Assembly (NCBI GenBank): GCA_051294375.1
Contig: CM119271.1
Coordinates: 10,729,376-10,793,375 of the forward strand
Reading direction: 5' to 3'
Source of the DNA: Paraspadella gotoi
Lineage: Eukaryota; Animalia; Chaetognatha
DNA length: 64,000 nt
Shown: piece by piece, positions 49,901-61,900 of the stretch
Position numbering within the stretch: the first letter of the stretch is position 1
Layout: the number at the start of each line of letters is the position of its first letter
The notes under the pieces: model-generated
The model's database searches: none
The model's input: the letters and a program-made list of their open reading frames with translations, nothing else
What the model was told of the DNA's origin: nothing
Position numbers and translations under genes: made by a program

Positions 49901-51820
49901 AGTCAAGTATTTTTCGTTTATCGCGTTTAAATTTCCCCCGTTATCCGCCAAGAGCTTCGCCATTTTTAAAGACCCTCGTCGAACCGCGTCGTGCAACGGA
50001 GTGTTTCCGATGTTGTTTCTCGCGTTCACGTCGGCTCCGCTCTGGATGAGAATCCCGGCAATATTTTCGCGATCCCACCCAGCGGCCAAATGCAGAGCGG
50101 TCTCGTTTGAATAATCAGCTAAATTGACGTCGGCCCCTCGTTGCACGAGAGCTGCCACAATATCAAAGCGATCGAATTGATTGATTGATAGATGCAGCGG
50201 AGTCCTCTCGTCGACCGTTCGCGCGTTGACGTTCGCACCATTGTCCAATAAAAAGACGGTCATGTTTAAAAATCCTCTGAATGAAGAATCGTGAAGAGGA
50301 GCGTATCCGTTATTGTCGACTGCGTTAACGTTCGAACCATTTTTGATCAAAAGTTCGGCGATGCTTTGATGATTCCACCAAGCCGCCATGTGCAATGCGG
50401 TTGCGTTAGATCGATCGGCTAAATTAACGTCCGCTCCACGATCGATCAAAACCCGAACGACTTCCACGCGACCCAACGTCAACGTCGCTTTCAGCAAAGG
50501 AGTTTCCTGTTTAAAATTTCGCGCGTCAATTTCCGCTCCGTTGTCCAATAAAAATTGGGTAATCTCGAGGAATCCCTTGAAGGACGAATCGTGCAAAGGC
50601 GAATCGCCCCATTTATCTCTCGCCCTCAAATCGAATCCGTTGTCGACGAGGTATTTCACGATATCCCGATATCCCATCCACGTCGAAAGGTGCAGAGCGG
50701 TTTGATCGTTTCCGTTCTTCGAGTCCTTTGTCGCGTTGGCTTCGACCAATTTTTTCACGAAGCTCGATCGGTTTCTTCCAGCCGCAAAGTGAAGCGGCGT
50801 TTGACCCTTGTCGTTTCTCGAGTCGACGACGGCGCCGATCGAGATCAAATAATCCAGAGTTTCCGACTGGTTCATAATCACCGAGGCAAAGAGCGGACTA
50901 AAGCCCGCGGCGTTCTTCAGCTCGAGATCCGCCCCTTCGTTCGCGAGTATTCGAGCCACTTTGGTGAATCCGTGAACGGCGGAATAGAAGAGGGAAGTTT
51001 CTTTGCGAACGTTTCTGGCATCAACGTCCGCTCCGCGATGGAGCAAATACTGAACCATCGTCTCTCGGTCGGTGAAAGCCGCCAAATGCAAGGCCGTCAA
51101 TTGGGCCGAGGTTCGTTGTTCTATGTCGACGCCCACGTCGAGCAGGTATTCCACCAGCGGTTGGTGACCGTAAGTCACGGCAAAGTGAAAACAAGTGAAC
51201 GAGTATAATTTGGGATAATCGGCGTCGAGCACTGCCGACGACCCGTACGCTTGGATGGCGAGTTTGACGTAGGCAACGTTGCCTTGGTGGCATCTTACCA
51301 TCAACTTGAAGACGTCCATCTGTTGTTTTAAATGGTTTTGTTATTATAATTAAACTTATATTTATAATAATATTATATTATAAGTATAATGATAATATAT
51401 ACTTTTTTATAAATATCGAACAATTTATTATTTATTATTGCAATCTTTCTTTGTGAAGAATAAGTAATAATTTAAAATTATGATCCAAGGTATATTTTCT
51501 ATTCTCGATTCTATTTTCTTGTCAAAAAGGGCAAGATAGCTTATTTATTAAATGAATTTTTATTATTGGTTGTACCAATTTCATGTAAAATAATTTGAAA
51601 GAACCTGCGCCGTTGAAGTCCCGACCAAGACAATAGAATGCAGACGAATAACTGAAGTTAAAAATTAAATGTATACAAAGTTTTAAATGAAATGTTGGAT
51701 AATATTGCTTTTTAACGATTATAATAAGTTTTTTATGTTGAAAAAATACTTAGAAAACTCTTTTTTTTATAAATACTATTTTTTTATTTTAAAAATATAT
51801 ACCTTCATTCCAAGATTCAT
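29477..51820 (-). CDS. Gene A: signal peptide, ~17 ankyrin repeats, ~33 EGF, SEA, TM, Tyr-motif tail receptor (assembly interrupted by duplicated and inverted segments at 34-44.8 kb)
   Basis: Exons: 51803-51820 (MNLGMK); 51605-51651 (signal exon, 47 nt); ankyrin exon ~49519-51319; ~21 EGF exons at 49410-44745 continuing with ~12 more at 33885-31533; SEA with PGSVIVRFK at 31153-31167; TM exon ~30352-30487 ([26 protein letters not shown]); last exon DHPYEMF...LYEEI...AKFQK* with stop at 29477. Confidence 0.8.
29820..30265. repeat. Intronic degenerate (TAACCC/TAATCC)n low-complexity repeat
   Basis: Many CCTAA/CCCTAA/CCTTAA units, including an internal ~70-bp duplication. Confidence 0.7.
30552..30798 (-). 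other. Second copy of the structured ~270-nt intronic element (in gene A, sense to host)
   Basis: The reverse complement aligns end to end with 5583-5852. A lower-quality duplicate lies at ~41365-41615. Confidence 0.6.
34005..37980 (+). repeat. Inverted duplicate of gene A EGF exons (mirror of ~44790-48440)
   Basis: Exons and introns are near-identical to the reverse complement of 44.8-48.4 kb, with scattered indels. Begins right after an N gap. Confidence 0.85.
37982..39238 (-). repeat. Further duplicate of gene A EGF exons (copy of ~45015-46197)
   Basis: Direct identity. Folds back on the preceding inverted segment. Confidence 0.8.
40989..41038 (+). ncRNA. Candidate minimal hammerhead ribozyme of Penelope-like retroelement type
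   Basis: CTGA(A)TGA-a-GGCTT-loop-AAGCC-GAAAC-AT-GTC followed by AATAAA, at the end of a tandemly duplicated ~500-bp unit (40040-41000). The core has one extra A, within an indel-rich segment. Confidence 0.45.
41130..44770 (-). repeat. Direct, indel-rich duplicate of 30315-33979 (gene A TM/SEA/EGF exons)
   Basis: Colinear identity including introns, with many 1-nt indels that break the frames. Confidence 0.85.
47945..48270. repeat. ~330-bp dispersed repeat (SINE/MITE-like)
   Basis: Core CATTGATAGGGAAGCCAGGTACTC...GCTTGCAGGGACCTGC...GGGGCAAGATAGCTTA...TTGTACCAATTT also occurs at 34180-34810, 52775-52983, 56305-56650 and 61250-61625, with fragments at ~29435 and ~51527. Confidence 0.85.
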
Positions 51821-52774
51821 GATTTTGATTAACAATTGCATGCGAAGAGAGTCATAATTAATTTAATTAAAAATAATAATTTTCTTCAGATGGCAAGCTG
51901 TAGTCGTCTTTATTTCCTTGACGTTGCTGCAAGACGAAAAGGCAAGGGTTTTTAATCTTTGACATTAGTTATTAATTTTAAAAGTAAAAATAAAAAACTT
52001 TATATACTAGAAAGATAATGCTCTTTCAGTTTTAGAACAGAACAAAATTATGTACCCAGGAAAAAGTAAAAAAAGATCAAGAAAACCAGTTTTAATTCGA
52101 CGAATTCCGATCGAAGCGGATAAACTCCGACCGAATTTGAAATATTTTTGGTCGGTCGGTCGTTGGTTATTAAGAATTTATATCATATTTAATACTATTG
52201 TTTAATTTTCCTATAAAGTCATCAAGGCGTTATAAAGAAAATTAGGAAAAAGTATTTTAACCCAGCTGCATAGATCCTATCTTTACTTCCAGAAGACAAT
52301 ACTAACATCCCCATCCAATTAATATATAAAGTTATAAACATTTGAACGTTTACATGATTAAAAAGAGAGTATAAGAGAGAGAAATAAAAGTACATAATTA
52401 AACTAAATATAAATTCATATACTATATTAGATATTTCAAAATCTAAAAACCTAAAAGTCCAATTCATTTTTATATAAAAACTGTATTTAAATAAGAAATT
52501 ATTTTTAGTAATTTCATAACTTAACAAATCGCGAGAGAGGGTCGCTTCCTCAGTCATCTCAAATTTAAGGTTTCGTAAGGATCATATTTTTTTTTGGGTG
52601 CATTGAAAGTCGAAATATTTGTTACGTTTTCAAACCCGTCTGAGTGGAAAGTGGAATTTAGCGAATCGAATTAAAACCGACAAATCAGAGAAAAACGTCG
52701 ATCTTTCGGTTACTGATGGACAGGGGCAATAAAGTTTATGGAGCAAAGGGGGACAAAAATATGAAATATGATAC

Positions 52775-52983
52775 TTCATTGATAGGAAGCCAGGTACTCT
52801 TGGAGTGAATAAACGAGACTGTGAGAAAATCTTGATTTGAAAGCTTGCAGGGACTGCTACGTTGTCATTTTCTTGTAGAGTGATGGAGGCCTTAAACACC
52901 CCAAAGCCTGTCCAAAGTCAGGGGCAAGATAGCTTAATCATTAAATGAATGATAATTTTTATATTGATTGTACCATTTCATAA
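52775..52983. repeat. Copy of the ~330-bp dispersed repeat
   Basis: Identity to 48061-48270. Confidence 0.85.
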
Positions 52984-55197
52984 AGGATCGTCGTTATCTA
53001 CCTTATGATCTTCGTCTTCTACGGCGCCTCTTTCTTTCTTTTTTCTTTTTCTTCTTTCCTCCTCCTCCTCCTCCTCCTTCCTCCTCCACGACCTTCTGGC
53101 CCGGTTCCTCCGCACGAGCCGGTATTCCGCCCTGGTAAGTTTTAAAATCTCATTCGACGGTCGTATAATTCGAGCGGGTAAGTTCTTTAAAAAACTTTTT
53201 CGGTGGGAACGTCTTTGTAATGATGACGTCAATGAGAATAATTTAATAAGACTTTCTGTGTCTCGTTTCTAGTCTGAGACAATTCAATCATATCAGTCTC
53301 CAACTTCAGGTACTATATATGGTATAGCGAACCTTTAGTAATTAAAATCAAACAATCATGAAATAAAAATTCTTACACACAAGTCCCATTAAAAAAAATT
53401 CACGCTCCGGATGCGGATGACCTTCACCAAACGTCACGGTAAGGCACTCCACAAGCTTCGGCCGACGTCGCTCGTTTAGTGAAACGCCATCATCGCCATT
53501 TTTAAATACAGAATGTCGCGCACTGTCTCCAGTATATCAAGCTACTGTAGCTCTTTTGACTCCATTCTTGCTTTTGTGCCTCTTACCTCGTGCTTTCGTT
53601 TCGATGGATCTCTTACAGACAGGGAGCAAAAGGCAGTCAGGTTAACAGCCCTGGGGACTCCTAATAAGTCTGGCGATCCCAAGTGTTGATAAGTGCCTAG
53701 TAAGACGCTAGATTAAATTATACTCAAGGCGGGTTTTGCTATACTTGTGTTGAATAGAAAATCACTATACGCATACTGTCTTTCCTTATATTACATTGTC
53801 ACTTCAAAATTTTCTATCTTTAACTTTAACAAGCTTTAATACACCGTTCTTCTTCCTGCGCTGTACTCCCGATTATCTTGTCTATCGTCTCCTGGGTTCA
53901 TTTGAGACGGAAACTACTCAGCCATTCTTCGTTCAGAATCTGTTTTTTTGAGAAAAAGAAAGAAAAATTATTATTGCGAAGATAAAAAATACGTTGTCAC
54001 TTTGTCATTTCTTTATTACAAAGGCTAGTCATACCAAAATATCAAACCACAATTCTCCCGAAGATCCGACCACAATGAGTGAAGAAGTATCTGCGTCTAT
54101 CTACTAACATCTCAGAGAAGAGGATCGAATGTAAAGAGTTTTGACATGTTCATTGGTTCGGAAGCTCGCGGTTTCCATCAGCGACCAAGCAGGACTTCCG
54201 CGAGTATCCATGCTTTTCTGCTGGTGTATCGCCCCGCGCGCGATCCTTTCTGCTTTGTCGGTTTGAATCGTGGGTCCGGTTCACCGCTAGAATTATACAT
54301 CACTTTCCGACCAGCATATACAAACGATTTGGGAAACTTCTGCTGCGAAGTCGTCGACTATTTCCGGTTTCGGTTCAAACACTCTCACGCGCCCCCTGAT
54401 ACAGATCCTTGCACGCGGCACCTCCTGCCGTCCCTCAGGCGAGCCCACGGCCCTCCAGCTCGGTGTCTTCCGCCGGACAGGCTAGAGCAGCGGCACTCAG
54501 TCGGAAGAGAGGTTGAGACTATCGATGCAACGTAACCGGCACTGGCGGCGCCGGTGTGATTCTTCCTCTAGCACATTCTCGAGCTCAGGTGTGGAGATCG
54601 ATCGTATCCGCGCATCCACGAAGCGAACGCGACGCATCTGGTGCCGCTCGTGGTACGCTCGACACTGAGGAAACAACACAAGTTTTTGCATGTGACCGTT
54701 GTTTCTCAAAAGCATGCTCCCGTATTCGATCTATCATTAGAGAGGGAAGCTGTAAGGGTCATTAGGGTGCAAAAAACGAAGGTGGCTTGAAGGAAAAAAA
54801 TTACAAGTTTTCGTTGGATCTTATTCGGTTGGAAGATAGGAGAGAAGAGAGAAGAGAGAGAGAAGGAAGGCTGAGACTGTACGACAAGAGACTGAGAGGA
54901 TAGAAGACGAGACAGACAACAGACGATAGATACGAAGAGAGGAGAAGAGAAGGAGAGAAGAGTGTCGTGGATGTTCTGTTGTGAATTGAAAGTTCCTGAT
55001 CAAGAGTGAGAAGGGGTGATAAAATATGACAAGAAAATACACAAAAAAAAAAAAGACTCTTGTAGTATAGTAATATATTTTGTTCAACAATGAACAGGTA
55101 CACAATAGTACACCAAACATTACTTATAGTACTTTTAGTACTTACTAGAAATTATCTTTCCAACGCGAAATTATTTTTCATTTTAAAACTGTATTGA

Positions 55198-56876
55198 CCT
55201 GTCTTCAAGACTCTGTACAGTTCCTTCGCCGCGACGTCGGGTCTCGGAATATCGTGCACGACGTCGTAGACGACGACGGCGTCGAACTTTCCCGTCCACT
55301 CGGAAGGTAAGTTCTCCGCGTTTTGAACTTGGTAAGTCAGATTCGGTAAATTCGCTTCCATCTTCTTTCTGTTATGAAAATGAATAATGAATTAAGAAAA
55401 AGTTATTTTTTTCCTTTGCCGTTATTTGATTAATACAATAATTTCATCAATCAGTCAGTAATTAATTAAATAATTAATTCATGCAAAAATTAAATCTTTA
55501 AGTCATTGATTCATTTGAACATTTAATCATTCTCAGAAAGAGCCGGTCAAACATTTCATAATTCATTAAGTCATTCAATCAATCATTCATTTAAAACAAA
55601 TCAATCAAATAGGCAATCATTCAGTAAATATTTCACTAAATCGTTCAGTCAATCATAAAGTCATTCATCATGTAAACAAATAAACTTTGTTCTCTCTTCA
55701 ATCAATACCGTATTAATATAAATAATTAAATAAATTAAATAATAATTAAATAATGAAACTCGCTCGTTGGCCGCTTCAATCTGCTCGCTCCCGATGTCCG
55801 AAGCCCAGAACCGACTCTCCGGAAACTTCTCGGCCAAGAGTCTCGACAAGACCCCGTGGGAACACCCCAGCTCGCAGACGTCCAGCCCGGGCGGAGTGGA
55901 GGCCTTGGACCAAAGAGCGACGTNNNNNNNNNNAAACAAAAAAACAAAAAACAATAAAACAACAAAAGGAAAATGAAAAAAAAAAGAAAAAAAAACCACA
56001 AGAATAAAATATAAAAAACGCACAATTAAATACTAAGTAACATAAACAGCAATAACCTACCGAAACAAAAAAAGGAAAAAAAAAATTAAATCTGACCTGG
56101 AATAAGGAATGCCCCGTGGCCCGTCCTTTTGAAAGGCCCTGACGAGATCTTCGGAGACGCCGGCGAACATCAGCACGGACCACGAGTAGAGGGCGTAGGT
56201 CTCCCCGTATTTGAATGACAAACTCTTGGCTCTCTCCTATATATATGGACGGAATCGAAATTGGCTAAATTGATATGAAAATCAAATCTATTCAAAATGA
56301 AATGAAATTGGTACGACCAATATAAGAATTATGCATTCATTTGATAAATAAGCCATCTTGCCCCCGACTTCGGACAGGCTTTGGTGGCTTAAGGCCTACA
56401 TCACTCTTACAAGAAAATGACATAGCAGGTCCCTGCAAGCTTTCAATCAAGACTCTCTCTCAGTCTCATTATTCACTCCAAGAGCTCCTGGCTTCCCTAT
56501 CAATGAAGTGGGTGGTATAATATTTCAAAGAATGTTTCAATTGTATGACAAGACCACTCCCTTAAGTATTAAATCGGGGAATACTATATTGTACTACGAA
56601 CTAGCATCAAAATACAAGGAGCTGAATTTTATAAAATTAGTACAACCAATATAAGGTATCTTGCCCCCGACTTTATTTCGCTTGTGAGACAATCGCCCAA
56701 AGCACCTGGTTTTCCTATAAACGGTTTCAATTGTATAAGTATTTAAAAGTTTGAAGCATTAATGTTCACGCAACTGTCTCTCATTAGCTTCATCTTAGTG
56801 ATAATTACATCTTGTTTCAAGTACATCTATATTTTTTCTCTTTTTCGTGCACTCATTCTCCCCGCATGTTGCTCTA

Positions 56877-56923
<47 letters not shown>

Positions 56924-57185
56924 ACCTCACCTCAGACAAGTAATACTTCCCCTCTCCCTCCGCCAACTCCACGATATCTCCAGTCACGACGGCGCCGAGC
57001 CATTCCCTCACGTATCTCTCCTTGAGACCGAGCGACGCCGCCAGACCGGCGCTATCGACGCCGCTTTCCTTGGAGGCTTTCTCCAACTCGTCGAAGAGGC
57101 GAAGGCGGTTTCCGATGCCGATGGCGAGGGACAGCATTCCGTCGCCGACGATGCGACTCAAGCGGGATTCGAAATCGGGAGGCAT
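55198..57185 (-). CDS. SAM-dependent methyltransferase, Rv2258c-like (N-terminal winged helix plus class I MTase); 3' end not seen
   Basis: Exon 56931-57185 (SLAIGIGNRLRLFDEL..LAASLGLKERYVREWLGAVVTGDIV), exon ~56097-56237 (AFQKDGPRGIPYS), exon ~55763-55923 (LDVCELGCSHG, motif I; cut by a gap) and exon ~55198-55350 (FDAVVVYDVVHDIPRPDVAAKELYRVLKTG). Confidence 0.8.
56305..56720. repeat. Intronic copy of the ~330-bp repeat followed by a partial head-to-tail second copy
   Basis: AAATTGGTACGACCAATATAAG at ~56305 recurs as AAATTAGTACAACCAATATAAG at ~56634. Confidence 0.75.
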
Positions 57186-58089
57186 CTCCTCGACTTGTGC
57201 TTCCCATCTTGTTCCTTTGTTCTTTTCTTAGTTGGTTTTTTATTGTTGTGTGTTATGTTTGTTTATGTTCTCTTTTGATGTTGCTCGGTATTGTTGTTGA
57301 TGTTGAGGAGCAATTTTTTCCTTATGCGAACACTTTAAGTTGGTTAAAAAAAAAACCCAAAAGTCTTTATCATAAAAAATAATGATACTATATTCATTAA
57401 TAGTTTAATTATCACAAATTTCTAACTTTCAAATTTCTTATTAAGGAATAAACGATAAATTTCATTATATGGAGTCTAGTGTCAACTTAAACAACAAAGT
57501 GGTGAGCAAACAATGCCGTGAGTCCTGCCTACGATCCATTTAGCGGTAAGTTAGCTGATCAGATAATAATTGTTGGACGAACAATCGGAACAACCACTTG
57601 GCAACCTTCGTCAATCGCGACCTCGACCTACTTCATCCACCTTCATATTGCTCTTCTCTTACGGTCAAACTTCATGACCTTGTTAAACATACCCATTGTT
57701 GATATTAACCTTAGCATCTGAGTTCTCTGTGACTTGTTATTGTTATTAACCTTGTTGAACGAATACAAGCATCTCTTACTCTGAAAAACTTTGTTGCGTT
57801 CCACAAAACTATTAATTTTTTTTATCTGGTCGTCACAAACAACTTGTTTTCACTTTGTCTCGAGCCTCTGCCAATCACAAATAACACAATTCCGCATCAC
57901 AAAATTAACTAATTAATTAATTATTTACAAATAATATTAATTAATATTATTAAAAATCTAATTGTAATTAATTAAAATTATTTAGATATAAATGATAAAA
58001 AACATTAAATAGATCACGTGAACATGCATGTTTTTTCCTCCAATTCTAACTCCATTTCCACTCGAGACGATTCTATACTATCTCGCTCC

Positions 58090-58430
58090 ACACTTCCCTA
58101 CCCACACACAAAATTTCAATTCAATCCATCCATCCAATCACGAGTAATTGGGTTTTTTGCAGGTGGGACGGATGGACGACCACGACGGACAGACAGACAG
58201 GCAGCACGGACGGACATCCAAATTGACTTTTGGACAGAGAGAGAGAAAGAGCAGCAGAGAGCAGAAGAAATGGCCAACAAAGCATATGAGACAGGACGTT
58301 GTGAAATGTGAGGACAGGATCTTCCTAAGTTTAGATATTTCATATTCGGCATGTTTGACATGAAGCGTCTATAAGTCGATTTTACCGACAAGATTTGGGG
58401 GCGTGAATTGCCGACCGGACCGACAAGCTG
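58090..58430. mobile_element. Helentron/DINE-1-like non-autonomous element (tentative)
   Basis: CACACAAAATTTCA... followed by a GGAC/AGAC microsatellite (GGACAGACAGACAGGC), which is typical of DINE-like elements. Mirrored at ~59450-59790. Confidence 0.4.
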
Positions 58431-58949
58431 TAAGCAAGATCCCGGGCTAAAAATGTGGTTTCATTGTACTTTTTTCCATTTGTGTACATTCATAAGGAAT
58501 AAATATATTCTTTTATTTTCATCATTTTTCTTCATAACAGATGCTTTACGTCGTTAAAAATAAGAGAAAGAGAGAGAAGAGAACAATCCGCAGCTGGGGC
58601 ACTCAGAGGCAAAATTTGGTGAATACAAAGGCTTTTTAATTAGAATATCTGAGAGAGATGGAGAGAGAGAGAGAGATGATTAATACTTACATCATTGATT
58701 ATTGTGTAAAGGCTCTCGATTTTCTGGATGAAAGTCAAACTCTAAATTTGACCGCATAAATTCTTCGGACTCATCAACAAATTACCCTTATGGAATTGCA
58801 AACGACTTTTTTCATTTGCGTTCACTTTGTCACTACACACATATTAAAACACTAAAAACCAAAAAAAATTTTTGAACCGGGAATAAACCTCCATGACACT
58901 GTGTAAGCTTGCGAGGGAATTATTATCCGTTCTATTTTTTTTTGGTTGT

Positions 58950-61900
58950 GTAGACGGAGGTCTAGGTCGTCTAGAAAATAAACTTTACAAGCAGTGATTT
59001 AAATATGTTGTAGTGACACAATAAGAATAAGTAGAAACTCTCAAAAGATAAAAAATATAAATGTTACGTTAGGCAAATTATACTAAGAAGAAGCGATAAA
59101 TGATTTGAATGCAAACATAGCCTCCGAAGAATTTATGCGGCTCAATTTAGAGTGGACTTCTTCCGAAAATCGACCTTTACACATAACTCAATTGGATTAT
59201 GTTAATTCATCCTCTCTCTCTCTCTCTCTCCTCTTCATATTTCTAATTAAAGCCTTTTATTCACCAACATTCTTGCCCTAGTGCCCCACTTCGGATGATT
59301 TCTCTATTTCTCTCTCTTTCTCTTTTTTTTTACGACGTAAGCTATCTGTTATACAAAAAATTGGTTGAAAATAAAAGAATATATTTATTCCTTAATGGAA
59401 TGTACACAATGGAAAAGTACAATGAACCAACACATTTTTAGCCGGAATCATGCTTACAGCCTTTGTCGGTCCGTCTTCCGCCCCCCTCAATATTGTCGGG
59501 CACTCACTTTATATCATGTCAGAACATCGAATTATGATAAATTATACTAACCTTAACCTGTTCCTCACATTTTTCACAACTGTCCTTTCTCATATTCTTT
59601 GTGGCCATTTCTTCTCTCTCTCTTCTCTTTCTCTCCTCTTCCAAAGTCAATTTGATGCTTCCGTCCGTCTGCCTGTCCTGTCTGATCCGTTCTGTCGGTT
59701 CCGTCCTCCGTCCCACCTTAGCAAAAAACACCAATTACTCGTGATTGGATGGATGGATTGGAATGAAATTTTTGACTCTAGTGTGGGTAGGGAATGATTG
59801 ATGACTGCGAATATTATTGATGGATCTCCCGAGTGGAATATGCAGCTTTAAATGGAAAAAACAAAAATCCTAATTCTCACTATTTTATTATGCTTTTTTT
59901 ATTTTTTATATTAATTAATTTAAAGCTTCATAAAATTTTTAATAAGTAATTAATTAAATACATTATTTTTGTAAATAATTTAAATTAATTAGTTAATTTT
60001 GTGATCGAGATTGTTGTTTGTGGATTGAGAGGTCGAGACAAAGTGAAAAAACAATTTGACACAATACAAAAAAAATTTAATATTTTGTTTGGACGCAACA
60101 AGTTTCAGAGCTAGAATGCCTTTTATTTCTTTCCAACAGGCGTTAATAACAATAAACAGTCAAAGACTCAGGATTTGCTAAGTTTATAACAATGGTATTT
60201 ACAAGCGTCAGAATTTCGACCGTAAAGAGAAGATCAAATAATAGAAGGTAAGGATGCAAGTAGGTCGATGGTCTTGACCGAGTTGCGTGGTTGTTTCGCT
60301 TGTTCGTCCACCAATTAATTTATCTTGATCAGCTACTTACCCGCTAATGATCGTACGCAGCATCCGGCATTGTTTGCTCACACTTGGTCTTTTAATTACA
60401 CTAACTCCATTATAAAAATTTATCTTTATTCCTTAATAAGAAATTTGAAGTTAGTTAAATTTGCTGATAATTAATCTATTTAATAATATATATCATTATT
60501 TTTTATTGCACTTTAAACTTTTGGTTTTTTTTTACCAACTTTCAAATTTCGCATTAGGAAAAAAATTTGTCCTCAACATCAAACCAAACAACAGCCAACA
60601 TCAAAAGAAAAACATTAAAACAAACATTAAACAAAACACAAACAAATAAAAACCAAAACTAAAAAAAAAACAAAGGAACCAAATTGGAAGCGATGCCTCT
60701 CGATTTCGAATCCCGGCCCGTTGGTAGCATCGGTTCGCGCGCGACGGAATGCTGTCCCTCTGCCATCCGCATTCGGCGAAACCGCCTTCGACCTCATTCG
60801 ACGAGGTTGGGAGAAAGCCTCCAAGGAAAAAACGGCGTCGATAGCGCCGGTCTGCGCGTCGCTCTCGGTCTCAACGAAGAGATACGTGACGGGGAATGGC
60901 CTCGGCCGCCGCTCGTGACTGGAGTATATCGTGGCAGTTGGCGGAGGCGGAGAGGGAAAGTATTACTTGTCTGAGGTGAGGTGGGTGACGAGAGAGGAGG
61001 AGGAGAGAGGAGAGAGAGAGAGAAATTAGAGCACACATGCCGGGGACGAATGAGTGCACTGAAAAAGAAGAAAAAATATAGACTGCTACTTGAAAAACAA
61101 CGATGTCAATTATCACTAGATGAAGCTATATGAGAGACAGTGCGCTCCCACTGGAACATAAAATGCTTCAAACTTAAATACTTTATTACAATTGAAACAC
61201 CGTTTACAGCGAAACAGTTTCTTGGGCGAGTTGTCTCACAAGCGAAATAAAGTCGGGGCCAAATGGAGATACCTATAATTGGTTGTACCAATTTTTATAA
61301 AATTTCGCCTCCTTGTTATTTTGATCCACCTGGCTAGTGCGTAGTAATACTTGGAAGGGGAGTTGGTCTTGCTCATAAATTGAAACCATTTCTTTGAAAT
61401 ATTTTCCCACTTCATTTTGATAGGGAAGCCAGGTAGCTCTGGATCGTGATAAAACGAGACTGTGAGATAGTCTGAATTGAAAGCTTGCAGGGCACCTGCT
61501 ATGTACATTATCTTGTAACGAGTGATGGAGGCCATAAGCCATCCAAAACCTGTCCAAAGTCGGGGCAAGATGGACCTTATTTATCAAATGAATGCATTTT
61601 AATATCTTATATTGGTCGTTACAATTTTCATTTCATTTTTGAATAGATTTGATTTTCATATCAATTTAAAGCCAATTTTCCGCATTCCGTCCATATATAT
61701 AGGAGCAGAGCCAGCAGTTTGTTCATTCAAAATACGCGGCGAGACCTACGCCCTCTACTTCGTTGGTCCGTGCTGATGTTCGCCGGCGTCTCCGCAAGAT
61801 CTTCTTCAGCGGCCTTTTCAAAAAGGAATCGGCACCGGGGCATTCCTTATCTCCAGGTCAGATTTTAATTTTTTTTTTTCCTTTTTTTTGTTTCGGCTAG

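Noticed and set aside
14772-51820. Notch ortholog (EGF plus ankyrin)
   Set aside because: ANK precedes EGF and lies N-terminal to the only TM. No LNR, RAM or PEST region was seen, and the tails are short.
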